Positions 16,913 through 27,220 of a stretch of DNA of 27,982 bases are shown in pieces. Position numbers and translations under genes: made by a program. The stretch's first letter is position 1; every line of letters starts with the position of its first letter. The notes beneath the pieces were generated by a model that had not been told where the DNA came from, made no database searches, and saw nothing but the letters and a program-made list of their open reading frames with translations. This DNA is from a virus (lineage: Duplodnaviria; Caudoviricetes), in IMG/VR virus record IMGVR_UViG_3300016263_000382, positions 1-27,982 of that record; one strand, written 5' to 3'.

Positions 16913-19237
16913 ATGACTGAGAAATTAGTTACAAATATTTTCAAAACTCACAACGCTCAACAATTCGTTGAGTCTATTTCAGAACCAGCAAACACAATTT
17001 ACTACGTTTTTGCTGGAGATCACGTTTCTGGAAATACAGTCAAAATCCCAAATAATAGTGTCCAAGATGTAACTATTGATGTTTACAACAATATGCTTTT
17101 TGCTAAACAATTGACTTCAGCTGATGTTAATGTTATGGCAAAAAGAAATAATTGGGTAGGTGAAACTGTTTATGCAGAATACAGTCATACTGATGGCGAC
17201 TTATATGATAAGAATTTCTTCGTTGTAGTTGATGAAGGTTCATACTATCACGTATACAAGTGTATTTCAAATAACAATGGTGCCAAATCAACTGTACAGC
17301 CAACATTCAGCGATACTTCAGCAGATGACACATATTATGAAACATCTGATGGATATATTTGGAAGTACATGTATTCAGTAGATCAACCAACATTTGAGAA
17401 GTTTGCTACAGCTGAATATATGCCAATAGTTCCTAATGCAAACGTTACAGCTAATGCAGTTGCGGGTGCTATTGATTTGATTAAAGTTATTTCAAGTGGT
17501 TCAAGATACGATAACTACTTTGCTGGTGTATTCAGTACTGGGGACTTAAAAGTTACTTCATCAGCTGCTTATCTATCATCATATTCATCAGAATTATTAT
17601 ACTCTCTAGGGGATTTTACGTCAACCTCTAATATTGCTGGAACTGTATCTATTTCGTCTGGCAATTCTACAATCACAGGAACATCGACTGATTTCGTTAA
17701 CGATCTGGAAGTTCAGCAATCTGTCAAAATAATCAATGCTTCAAATACTCAGCAATTTGAAATAAGAAAAATTACTGCTATTGGCAACTCAACATCATTG
17801 ACAATCGCTGGAGCAGTCAGTAACACATTCACAGGCGCAAAACTTCAAGTTACATACCCAGACAGAGCTTCTCCAAATAACAACTTCTACGATGGTTGCT
17901 GGTTGGTTATTACTGCTGGCGCTGGTGCTGGTCAATATAAGAAAATTATTGATTATTACAACGATGGCGGAAAGAAAATTGCAGTTGTTGAATCAGCATT
18001 TTCTCAAGATCTAAGTGCAAATACGCAATATGAAATTTCACCAAGAGTTATTATTACTGGTGATGGACTTGAAACAATTAATTGTGATGCAAGAGCACTA
18101 GTTAACTCTGCATCAAGCAATGGCGTCAGCAAAATTGAAATATTGAACAGAGGCAAGGGTTACAATTTTGCAACTGCAAATATATTCGTGTCAAATGTTG
18201 TATCTAATACAGTATCTGCAAATCTAAAGCCGATTATCGCCCCTCCTGGTGGTCATGGATATGATCCAAATCACGAATTGGCTGGAACCAAGCTTGGTAT
18301 TTCTGTAACTTTCGCAAACAACGAAAGCAATACAATTACAACAAACAATGATTATTCTGTAATTGGTATTTTGAAAGATCCACAAGTAGCAAACGTTGAA
18401 CTAACAATCAAGAAAATTTCTATTGATGCTTCTGGTTCGGATGGAACATTTATCCTTGATGAAAAGGCACATCAATTTACAACAATTAGGCTTGGTGGCA
18501 AATTTACAATCAATACAACAAGCAATACTGTTAGTGAAGTATCCCCTTCAAATCTTAGCGATTTGACAGAATCTATCGCAATCGGCGACCATATCATTTT
18601 CAACTCAGGTTCTAACTGGCAGTTGGCTAATGTTGTTGGTGTTGGTAACTCTTCAACAATGACAATCAATTCCGTTGGTTTCTTTACAAACGCCAATACA
18701 GTCGCTTATAAAGCCACCCTAACAACAAATTGCGTAATATCTACTGTAGAATCAACCTTCCTGTATGCTGCAAACGTCGAAGGATTCTTTGTACAAAATA
18801 GAAAAATGATCGGTGCACAATCTGGTGCAGTAGCTAATATCACAAATATTGAAATAAATAATGTTAATAAAAATTCAGGATTTACTCCTCTGAATCAAAT
18901 AACATATTACTCTGGTACATTCGAATCGCTCAGCACATTTACTGAAGACGAAGTTGTATATCAAGAAATCAATGGAGCTAACACAGCATCTGCAAGATTC
19001 CATTCCGTTGAATCAAGAGATGGTGTAACATATGTTTATGTAACAAGACAAGTTGGAGCATTCGATACTGATTATAATTTGATCGGAGAAAGTTCAGGCG
19101 CTTCCTTTAATTTAATCGCTAAATATAATGGAGATTTATTAAAGAATAGCGGCGAAGTGATTTACATACAACAAGGCGAAGCTGTTTTGAGAGCCAATAA
19201 CCAATCAGAGATAATAAAAATAATTGTGGAGCTTTAA
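16913..19237 (+). CDS. gp8: Baseplate wedge subunit gp8-like, extended
   Basis: R.NW....Y..Y......FFV.......VYKCI.NN.G..STV.P......TSDGYIWKYMY......KF.T..YMP; P.GGHG..P..EL; C-terminal SGEVIY......R...QSE.IKI.VEL. Confidence 0.9.
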   Translation: MTEKLVTNIFKTHNAQQFVESISEPANTIYYVFAGDHVSGNTVKIPNNSVQDVTIDVYNNMLFAKQLTSADVNVMAKRNNWVGETVYAEYSHTDGDLYDKNFFVVVDEGSYYHVYKCISNNNGAKSTVQPTFSDTSADDTYYETSDGYIWKYMYSVDQPTFEKFATAEYMPIVPNANVTANAVAGAIDLIKVISSGSRYDNYFAGVFSTGDLKVTSSAAYLSSYSSELLYSLGDFTSTSNIAGTVSISSGNSTITGTSTDFVNDLEVQQSVKIINASNTQQFEIRKITAIGNSTSLTIAGAVSNTFTGAKLQVTYPDRASPNNNFYDGCWLVITAGAGAGQYKKIIDYYNDGGKKIAVVESAFSQDLSANTQYEISPRVIITGDGLETINCDARALVNSASSNGVSKIEILNRGKGYNFATANIFVSNVVSNTVSANLKPIIAPPGGHGYDPNHELAGTKLGISVTFANNESNTITTNNDYSVIGILKDPQVANVELTIKKISIDASGSDGTFILDEKAHQFTTIRLGGKFTINTTSNTVSEVSPSNLSDLTESIAIGDHIIFNSGSNWQLANVVGVGNSSTMTINSVGFFTNANTVAYKATLTTNCVISTVESTFLYAANVEGFFVQNRKMIGAQSGAVANITNIEINNVNKNSGFTPLNQITYYSGTFESLSTFTEDEVVYQEINGANTASARFHSVESRDGVTYVYVTRQVGAFDTDYNLIGESSGASFNLIAKYNGDLLKNSGEVIYIQQGEAVLRANNQSEIIKIIVEL

Positions 19238-19242
19238 GTTAA

Positions 19243-22200
19243 ATGCCAATCAATACTGATCTAAACATTTCTCCTTATTTTGATGACTATGATGAAAATA
19301 AAGACTTTTATAAAGTCCTTTTTCGTCCTGGCGTTTCAGTTCAGGCAAGAGAACTAAATCAGCTTCAAACAATACTACAAAAGCAGATCGAAAGATTTGG
19401 TGATGCAGTGTTTAGAACAGGCACGATCATTGAAGGTTGTGCCTTTCAATTTGAGAAAATTTTTCCATTCGTTAAAATTAAAGATACAGAAACAAATGGA
19501 ACAGCTGTTAATGTCAATGATTACGTTGACAAATATGTACAAAGCTTGAGTACAAAATTAAAAGGTCACGTTCTAGCTGGTATTTCTGGTTTCGAATCTG
19601 CAGACCCAGATCTTAATACTCTTTATGTTCGTTATACAGATAGCGGAACCAGTAAAACAGCAACATCATTTTCGGCTGGTGAAACTCTTAGAGTATATGA
19701 TAATAATCTTGGCGTTTGGGGAATCAATATTATTGATGGTTCCACTGGTATTTCTAACAATTATAGCGTTGTGTTTGTTAGCGCCATCGCAGTTCAAAAT
19801 ACAGAAGGTGGAACTTCTTTCGGTAATTCTTTCGTTGTTGGTGGAAACATCACACAATCATATAATGGCGTAACTGCTAATGCTGTTATCACAGGAATTG
19901 ATTCCACTACAAATTCAGAGGCACTAATTCTTAAGATCCGTCCAAATTATGGCGATCTTACAATCTCAAATACTTCTGCTTGGACTTTCAATCTATCAAG
20001 AGATTCAACCGAACTTGTTTCATTGGTCGGTAATTCTGCTGCTAACGGTAACATCGTTGGGATTATTGGTAGCGGTGCAACAGCTTCTTTGACCACAGAT
20101 TCAATTCTTGGTTCTGTGACTTCGGTTGAAATGGTCACAAGAGGTAGCGGTTATTATATTCCACCATTTGCCGGAATTGGGGCTACAAGTTCTGGAGCAC
20201 AAACATCAATTAGCGGTTTTACTGGCGATGCAAAAAATTACTATGCAGAAATAAGCGTTGCTGAAAATATTACAACCCCTGCAGTTGGAAATGGTTACGC
20301 TTTCAGCATTGGTTCTGGTGTTATTTACCAAAAAGGTTACTTCTCAAGAGTAGAAGCTCAAAGAGTTATTGTTGAAAAGTATAATGGTTCTCCAGACCAA
20401 AAGGTTATTGGTTTTGATACCAGAGAATCAATTGTAAATAGCAATATTGACGCAACTCTTCTTGACAATGCAACTGGAACATACAATTATAACGCTCCTG
20501 GCGCAAATCGTCTTGAGCTAAAGCCATATCTTGTTGTTCTTGACAAGGTTGATGCTTATGCAAATGATGAATTTTTCTCTGTTGTAGAATTTAGCAACGG
20601 TCAACCATATAAACAAAATAGAACAGCTCAATTTAATACTATTGCTAGAGAATTGGCACAAAGAACTTTCGAAGAAAGTGGAAATTACGTTCTTGATCCA
20701 TTCTTTGTTTACACAAGATCTGCGAATACAATGGCTCTTGAAGCCAACTCATTTACAGTTGTTGTTGATCCAGGGCTTGCATATATTGATGGATACAGAG
20801 TTGAAACAAACGCAAACTACTACGAATATGTAAACAAAGCAGTTATAAACGCTGGTGTTGATACAAACACAAATAATGTGGTTGTTGATGTCAATTATGG
20901 AAATTACATTAGAGTGAAGGAAGTTGGTGGTGCTTGGAAGTTTAACATTGGAGATGACATTTCTCTAAGAAGCGCAGCTGCTACTTACCTAACAACTGGT
21001 GGTCTTGGAACTCCAACTGGTGCTGGTTCTGAAATAGGTAAAGCACGTTTCCGTTCTATGGTTTATGAGTCTGGTGAACCAGGAACACCAAGTGCAGTTT
21101 ACAGATTGTACTTGTTTGACATTCAAATGAATGCTGGTCAAAACTTCAGAAATGTCAGATCAGTTTATTACAATGGAACTGGAACAAAGGATGCGGTTGC
21201 TGACGTTGTTCTAACTCTTGATGGAACAACAAATTCAAATGTTGCTGTTCTTCAAGATCGTTCTAAAAATAAAATGCTATTCTACTCTGGCGTAGATGCA
21301 TTGAAGAACGCAAACAATATCAATTACACATACAGAACATATAACGACACAGCATCTCTAAATGCTAGTGCACAATCAACAATCACATTGGTTACAACTG
21401 GAGAAAGTTGGCCATATACTGGTTCTCTTTCATTCAATGAAAAAGAAGATCTTATCATAGTTCCTCTAGCAAATGCTTTTGCTACAGCAAACGGTGGTGG
21501 ATCAATTAGCATACAGTCTGGTAACACAATCGTAACTGGTACATCAACAACCTTCGCAACAGATTATGCTGTTGGTGATTATATCAGAATTGGTAACAGC
21601 AGCACTGGTGACATCAGAAGAATTTCTTCTATCGCAAATAACACAACAATGACTATTGCGGTTGCTGGTTCGTTCACTTGTACTTCTGCCAATGGTGTTC
21701 TATCGTTCCCACAATTCGTGCCTGTACCATTCGCATCAAGATCAAACAGAACAGCTTCCGTTACTGGAAACTCTCTAACTATTTCTCTTGGTAATACATT
21801 GAATGCAGTTAGCACATCACTAGCAATTACATACAATGTTAGAAAGAATGCTAACTCAACAACAATACCAACCAAAACAGCAAAAAGAAAAAGATTCGTA
21901 AAGATCAGAGTAGCAAACAACGAAGCTACAGTTGCTGCTAATGCCGCTGGTTCAGTTTCGGTTGCAACAAACTCTGTAACAGTCACTGGAACTTCCACTT
22001 CCTTTACAACCGCTTTTGAAGCTGGCGATTATGTTGCTCTTTGGTCAAATGCAACCAACTGGTACTTGAGACAAGTTGATGCTGTTGCTAACGCAACCTC
22101 TTTGACTCTAACAACAAATTCTGCTATTGCTAATGCATCAGCAAATATCGCCAAGGTAACATCTGTCAACCTAGATGGTCCATGGTCCCTCGGTGTTCCT

Positions 22201-24315
22201 GATGTCTTCAGAATGAGAGCTGTTTATGGCGGAACCGACAGCAGCATCACAACATCATCTAACAATATCGGCACAAACTTTTACATTGATCACAATCAAA
22301 ATGAAGATTTCTATGATACAAGTTATTTGATGAAAGATCCAAAGTCAACCCTTTCAATTGGGTTTGATGATTGGTTCCTAGTTTCGTTCGACCAATTTGA
22401 AGTTTCTGGTGAAGGATTCAAGTATCTAGCAAGCTATAATGTTGATGATACAAAGACACTTGCTAACTCTGATCTTGTTCCAGAAAACTCAACAATTCAC
22501 ACTGTTGAAATTCCTGAAGTCTACAGCAAGACTGGAGAATATTTCGATCTAAGAGATCACTTCGACCTTAGACCATATGCAAATGCAGTAATTACTCCTG
22601 CAAACAATTCAACTTATGCAACAAATTCTCCAATCAACCCATCAATTCCACCATATGCAAATAAATTCTCAAGTGCTGACAAGTATTTCCCAGCACCAGA
22701 ATCAGATATTACTGCAACTGTTGAGAATTATTTACCAAGAACTGATGCTGTTGTTGTTACTTCAAATGGTTACTTCAAGGTAATTAAAGGTGAACCAAAC
22801 AATAAGGTTCCACCAAAAACTCCAGCTTCAGCAATATTGTTGAATTACTTGGAAGTTCCAGCCTATCCATCATTGCCAATGCAATTAAGTGCAAATCTTG
22901 CGCTAATGATTGATACAAATATGGCTAATGAACTTTATACAAGAAGAAGAACTGCAAAATACAGAATCAGAACCCCTCTTTCAGCAACTAATATTGCAGA
23001 AAATCAACCAAGACGCTACACAATGGAGCAAATTGGTGAACTAGAAAGAAGAATTTCTGATCTTGAATATTATGTCACCTTGACTCAAATTGAAGATAAA
23101 GTAAAGAATCAAACAATTCTTTCTTCAAATGATCCAAATCTTAACAGATTCAAGTTCGGGTATTTCGTCGACAACTTCTCAACAACCGATTTTGCTGACG
23201 CAGATAATCCAGAATATAGCGCATCTATCTTTGGACTTGAATTGAATCCAAGAAAACAACAGATTAATCTTGATTATAAATTTGATACGTTGGATGAAAA
23301 CACAAGCAGATATTACAATAATGGAAAACTCGTTCTTCCATATTCTGAATATGCTCTTGTACAACAATTAAATGCAACAGATGGTCCTGTGGCGATTCCA
23401 TCCCCTCCTGTTGTTAACGCAGTAACAAATGCTACACCAAATAGTGGATTTGGTATTATTCCACCACCTAGACCAACACCAAACACCACACCAACACCAA
23501 ACACCACACCTACCACGCCAAATACAGGCATAACAATTCCAGTACTACCAACTCCAACGCAAACCATTGTTTGCAGAAACTTCTCAGATTCTAAACAACC
23601 AAGATTCGAACAATACACAGGAATACCAGTTTCTATTGCTACTTACTCAATACAAATGAGTTCTAATTCTGGTCCAGTTTCTCTATACTTTGATGTTTAC
23701 AATGGCGTTGATAGAATAGAAATTCATCAAGGAGCAACTGCAAATTTCACCACATCAACAGCAACCAGAATTGTTTCAACAGAAAATTGTGTTGTTTTGA
23801 CCGATGCTGACAGAACTGAGCTTCAAGCTTCTGGATGGAGACCAACTAATGGTTCTGACCTAAGAAATAATGCTCCATGGAATGGTCCTTCAGGAACAAA
23901 AAGAAGACCAAATTTTTCAAGATCCAATTTGTCTACCGCTTCTGGAACCTTGACAAACTATTGGGTAAAGGACGCAGGAAAAATTGAATTTACTCACAAT
24001 CCATCAAGAGGATTGTATTATAAAATTATATTGTTAAAAGGATCTCAACACGCTGCTTTGAGAATTTGCTATCCAACTGATCAAGTTGCTGAAGCAACTC
24101 CTCCTTTTGTGGCTCCAGTAACTCCACCTATTTACAGAGGACATTTCGTTTTAAGCTTCCCAAAGAACTTTACGATTGAACAATGTATTACTAAGAAAAC
24201 TGATTTGATCAAGAATACAATAATTGAAACATCAGCTGCAAGTCAAGTACCAGAACCACAGTTACCAAAACCAAGAACTGGTGGTCGTAACGGTCGCGGA
24301 AACTTTACAAGATAA
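19243..24315 (+). CDS. Large virion structural protein, VrlC/DUF4815-like, N-terminal part
   Basis: TDLN.SPYFDDY...K.FYKVLFRPG.SVQARELNQLQ.ILQ.QIERFG; APGA.RL; LA.RT.EESGNY; RYTM..IG.LE.RI..LEYY..L...E; RFK.G.FVD.F. Confidence 0.85.
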   Translation: MPINTDLNISPYFDDYDENKDFYKVLFRPGVSVQARELNQLQTILQKQIERFGDAVFRTGTIIEGCAFQFEKIFPFVKIKDTETNGTAVNVNDYVDKYVQSLSTKLKGHVLAGISGFESADPDLNTLYVRYTDSGTSKTATSFSAGETLRVYDNNLGVWGINIIDGSTGISNNYSVVFVSAIAVQNTEGGTSFGNSFVVGGNITQSYNGVTANAVITGIDSTTNSEALILKIRPNYGDLTISNTSAWTFNLSRDSTELVSLVGNSAANGNIVGIIGSGATASLTTDSILGSVTSVEMVTRGSGYYIPPFAGIGATSSGAQTSISGFTGDAKNYYAEISVAENITTPAVGNGYAFSIGSGVIYQKGYFSRVEAQRVIVEKYNGSPDQKVIGFDTRESIVNSNIDATLLDNATGTYNYNAPGANRLELKPYLVVLDKVDAYANDEFFSVVEFSNGQPYKQNRTAQFNTIARELAQRTFEESGNYVLDPFFVYTRSANTMALEANSFTVVVDPGLAYIDGYRVETNANYYEYVNKAVINAGVDTNTNNVVVDVNYGNYIRVKEVGGAWKFNIGDDISLRSAAATYLTTGGLGTPTGAGSEIGKARFRSMVYESGEPGTPSAVYRLYLFDIQMNAGQNFRNVRSVYYNGTGTKDAVADVVLTLDGTTNSNVAVLQDRSKNKMLFYSGVDALKNANNINYTYRTYNDTASLNASAQSTITLVTTGESWPYTGSLSFNEKEDLIIVPLANAFATANGGGSISIQSGNTIVTGTSTTFATDYAVGDYIRIGNSSTGDIRRISSIANNTTMTIAVAGSFTCTSANGVLSFPQFVPVPFASRSNRTASVTGNSLTISLGNTLNAVSTSLAITYNVRKNANSTTIPTKTAKRKRFVKIRVANNEATVAANAAGSVSVATNSVTVTGTSTSFTTAFEAGDYVALWSNATNWYLRQVDAVANATSLTLTTNSAIANASANIAKVTSVNLDGPWSLGVPDVFRMRAVYGGTDSSITTSSNNIGTNFYIDHNQNEDFYDTSYLMKDPKSTLSIGFDDWFLVSFDQFEVSGEGFKYLASYNVDDTKTLANSDLVPENSTIHTVEIPEVYSKTGEYFDLRDHFDLRPYANAVITPANNSTYATNSPINPSIPPYANKFSSADKYFPAPESDITATVENYLPRTDAVVVTSNGYFKVIKGEPNNKVPPKTPASAILLNYLEVPAYPSLPMQLSANLALMIDTNMANELYTRRRTAKYRIRTPLSATNIAENQPRRYTMEQIGELERRISDLEYYVTLTQIEDKVKNQTILSSNDPNLNRFKFGYFVDNFSTTDFADADNPEYSASIFGLELNPRKQQINLDYKFDTLDENTSRYYNNGKLVLPYSEYALVQQLNATDGPVAIPSPPVVNAVTNATPNSGFGIIPPPRPTPNTTPTPNTTPTTPNTGITIPVLPTPTQTIVCRNFSDSKQPRFEQYTGIPVSIATYSIQMSSNSGPVSLYFDVYNGVDRIEIHQGATANFTTSTATRIVSTENCVVLTDADRTELQASGWRPTNGSDLRNNAPWNGPSGTKRRPNFSRSNLSTASGTLTNYWVKDAGKIEFTHNPSRGLYYKIILLKGSQHAALRICYPTDQVAEATPPFVAPVTPPIYRGHFVLSFPKNFTIEQCITKKTDLIKNTIIETSAASQVPEPQLPKPRTGGRNGRGNFTR
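23473..23508 (+). repeat. 18-bp tandem repeat (2 copies, PTPNTT) in a Pro/Thr linker
   Basis: ccaacaccaaacaccaca occurs twice in tandem. Confidence 0.85.
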
Positions 24316-24323
24316 AATCATAG

Positions 24324-24331
24324 GATAAATA
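24324..24331 (+). promoter_or_regulatory. Candidate late promoter GATAAATA
   Basis: NATAAATA core in the 35-bp gap before the ORF at 24351, followed by an AAGGA Shine-Dalgarno. Confidence 0.5.
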
Positions 24332-24350
24332 TAGGAAAAGGACGATAAAA

Positions 24351-24854
24351 ATGGCTCGCCGGACACGCAATCCCTTAAAGAAAAAACAAGAACAAGTTGA
24401 GAAAAACCGAGATAAAACGGTTGAAACAACTAAAGAAGTAAATTCTTTTATTGTCAGAGAACAAGCAATTTTGTTCAATGTTGTTGGTTTGAAACCAAAT
24501 ACCAGACACTATTTTTACTTTGATAATGTTGATAATTCATCTAAGTGCGCTCCACTGGCTGGTAAAAAAGGCGATTCTTTGATATCGGATAAAAATGGAA
24601 AAATAACATCATTTACATTTTTCTATGATGCAGATATTGATGCGAGCACAGACAGACAAAAAGTAGTATCTGAAATTAATAGAATTGCTGGTGTGAAAGA
24701 AATAAGAATTGAAAGTTCAGATGGCGTTTCAATCGCAACCCATCAAATAACAATCAAGGTAAATACTTCAAACGATAAGCCATATTTCACAGTTGGTGGC
24801 ATTGGCGGAGTTGGAGTTGGCGGCGTTGGTGGTGTCGGTGGTGCTGGTTTCTAA
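24351..24854 (+). CDS. Structural protein; probable middle segment of the VrlC/DUF4815-like protein
   Basis: FIVREQAILFNVVGLKPNTRHYFYFDNVD resembles the R...I.F....LKPNTR.Y.FFD segment recalled from full-length homologues; Gly-rich C-terminal tail. Confidence 0.65.
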   Translation: MARRTRNPLKKKQEQVEKNRDKTVETTKEVNSFIVREQAILFNVVGLKPNTRHYFYFDNVDNSSKCAPLAGKKGDSLISDKNGKITSFTFFYDADIDASTDRQKVVSEINRIAGVKEIRIESSDGVSIATHQITIKVNTSNDKPYFTVGGIGGVGVGGVGGVGGAGF

Positions 24855-24881
24855 AGATTAATAGGAAAACAAGGAAATAAA

Positions 24882-27011
24882 ATGGCAGTATTGTACGATT
24901 ATATACAAACATTTTTTATTGATCCAAGTGCAGTCAATAATGCTAAAGAAGTTATTTTGACCAGCGTCGATCTTTGGTTTAAAAGAAAACCATCAGCAGC
25001 CGACAACAGATCAAATACAATCAATCCTGGCGTGACAATATGTATATGCGAAGTTAAACCAGATGGTTCGCCTGATATATCAAAAATTATTGCCAATTCA
25101 TATTGTCATCTAGACTGGGTTGATGTTTTTGCTTCAACCAATGCTCTAGCAGAAACTACGTTTACATTACCAAATAAGATTAGTTTACCAACAAATAAAT
25201 TTTATGGTATTTGTATTTCATATCAGGACAGCGCATACCAACTATGGTCATCAACACAAGGCGATAAAATAGTATTACAAAATGGTACCATAACAAATAG
25301 ACCTTCTCCTGGTCAAGCTGGTAAAAATGACGGTTCTTTGTTTGCAGGAACTAATACTACTACATTTAGAGCACTAGCAACAACAGATTTGAAATTCAGA
25401 ATCAATATTGCTCAATTTGCAATTCCTACTAATCTTTCAATTAAAGCTATTCCGAAGAATTACGAATTCTTTACATATTCTAACAAAAGCGAAACAAATT
25501 TTATTAATGGCGAATTAGCATATCAAAATGTCGCAAGCGAAACAGGAACAATTAACATTCTTTCAGGTTGTACTGTTATTAAAGGAACATCAACATCATT
25601 CAGTTCCTCTGCTCTTGATGAAAAATACATAGTGGTTCAAAGTGCATCTGGCGCAAGCTCTGATATTAGAAAGGTTACTGGTGTTGTAAATTCAACATAC
25701 ATGACAATTGATCGTGCTCCAACCTTTACTGATTCAGTTGGTAAGTTTAAAATTCCTCCAGTTGGAAAAGTTTTTTATAGATCTTCGTTGACGAAAGAAA
25801 TATATCTTGTTGACTCAAACGCAAACAGCACAAATAAGTTCGTTACTGGAAACACAATTTACGGAGAACAGTCTGACGCATATGCTAATATTGCAACAAT
25901 ATTTGATTATTCAACAGACACATTTCTACCAGATTTAGAGATAAGAAATCCAGCTGGTTTCAGCACTCAAGTTAAGCACGTGTTTGCAACAAACACTGGT
26001 GGTACTTGGAGAGTTAATACTTCTCTGCTAACTGCAACAACAGTTGACAGCCTTAATAAATTGCAGGGTTATGATGGTTACATCATGTCAAGATCAAATG
26101 AAGTAGCAAATCCAAGTTTCCTTTATGCTAACAGCGGCGCACAAAAATCAGCCTATCTAGAATTTACATTTAATCCAGGATCAAGAACAGACACCAGATT
26201 ATTTGAAACTCCTGTATTGGATGAAGAAAAACTTGATATGTTTATCTTCCAAAATAAAATTAATAATGATACAACAAATGAATGGTCGAACAGAGGAAGA
26301 GCAACATCAAAGCATATTTCAACAAAGGTTAACTTTGCAGATGAAAGATATGCCGAAGATATTAAGGTTTATTTGACTGCTTATAAACCATCTGGTACAG
26401 ACATTAAAGTCTATGCCAAAATTCACAATTCTAATGACACAGAACCGTTTGACGACAAGAGTTGGACAGAACTAAAACTAGAAGATGGTGTTGGCTTGTT
26501 AAGTTCTATTGCTAATGATGATGATTATATTGAATTGGCATATGGGTTCCCACAACACCCACCAGTGCTAAAAACATTCAACTATGTTGCAACAACCGAA
26601 GTTGGTAATTCTGTTATTGCTACAACTTCTGATTTGTCTGCAAATATCAAATCAAACGACTTGATTAAGATCTATGATCCTGCTCTACCAAATACAAATT
26701 ATGCAGTTGGTGTTGTAAGCACAGCTAACTCAACATCAATTACATTGACCGATGCAAATACAATTACAATCGCTTCAGTAGCTGGATCTGGATTTAGCAT
26801 TTCAACTCTTGGATATAACTCAGTTCTTGCTGGATCTAAGTCAACAGCTTTCAATAATATTCTAAATGACAACGTCGTTCGTTATTACAACAGATCAATG
26901 GTTGAGTTTGATACATATGACACATTCTCAATTAAGATTGTTTTGACTTCAAATTCAACCTTCGTAGTTCCTCGCGTTCAAGACATGAGAGCAATCGGAG
27001 TTTCTGCCTAA
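24882..27011 (+). CDS. Structural protein; probable C-terminal segment of the VrlC/DUF4815-like protein
   Basis: QTFF......V.LTSVDLWFK.KP...DLKF, SKHIS.KV.F...D.KVY.TAYKP..T.IKVY.K, and a C-terminal F.IKIVL.S.....PRV.DMRAI..SA; AAGGA Shine-Dalgarno. Confidence 0.75.
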   Translation: MAVLYDYIQTFFIDPSAVNNAKEVILTSVDLWFKRKPSAADNRSNTINPGVTICICEVKPDGSPDISKIIANSYCHLDWVDVFASTNALAETTFTLPNKISLPTNKFYGICISYQDSAYQLWSSTQGDKIVLQNGTITNRPSPGQAGKNDGSLFAGTNTTTFRALATTDLKFRINIAQFAIPTNLSIKAIPKNYEFFTYSNKSETNFINGELAYQNVASETGTINILSGCTVIKGTSTSFSSSALDEKYIVVQSASGASSDIRKVTGVVNSTYMTIDRAPTFTDSVGKFKIPPVGKVFYRSSLTKEIYLVDSNANSTNKFVTGNTIYGEQSDAYANIATIFDYSTDTFLPDLEIRNPAGFSTQVKHVFATNTGGTWRVNTSLLTATTVDSLNKLQGYDGYIMSRSNEVANPSFLYANSGAQKSAYLEFTFNPGSRTDTRLFETPVLDEEKLDMFIFQNKINNDTTNEWSNRGRATSKHISTKVNFADERYAEDIKVYLTAYKPSGTDIKVYAKIHNSNDTEPFDDKSWTELKLEDGVGLLSSIANDDDYIELAYGFPQHPPVLKTFNYVATTEVGNSVIATTSDLSANIKSNDLIKIYDPALPNTNYAVGVVSTANSTSITLTDANTITIASVAGSGFSISTLGYNSVLAGSKSTAFNNILNDNVVRYYNRSMVEFDTYDTFSIKIVLTSNSTFVVPRVQDMRAIGVSA

Positions 27012-27220
27012 TGTATGCCAAAACCAATCATACTGGCTTTTACAAAGATTTGACAACAAAAGCCGTAATAAATACAAACGACGAAGAGTATCAAAGAATT
27101 TTGCTTGAACGCAAGAAGAAAAAGGAAATATCAACTCTAGCAAGTGATGTTTCTAACTTGAAGCAAGAAATAACAGAAATTAAAAGCCTTTTGTTGGTAT
27201 TAATTAACGGAAACAAATAA
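27011..27220 (+). CDS. Small conserved hypothetical protein with C-terminal coiled coil
   Basis: G.Y.D..T.A.IN....Y..... then L..DV..LK.EI.EIK.LL; TAATG-coupled at both ends; typical neighbour of the VrlC-like gene in T4-like phages. Confidence 0.8.
   Translation: MYAKTNHTGFYKDLTTKAVINTNDEEYQRILLERKKKKEISTLASDVSNLKQEITEIKSLLLVLINGNK

Noticed and set aside
24300-24890. Frameshift, readthrough or sequencing error joining the three VrlC-like ORFs
   Set aside because: The gaps contain their own Shine-Dalgarno sequences and a late-promoter-like box, and no slippery site precedes either stop, so separate genes are more likely.
5593-27143. Many 60-140-aa ORFs nested in or antisense to the baseplate genes (e.g. 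5593..5982, 21579..21998, 23313..23618)
   Set aside because: They overlap well-supported genes completely and have no recognisable motifs or ribosome binding sites.
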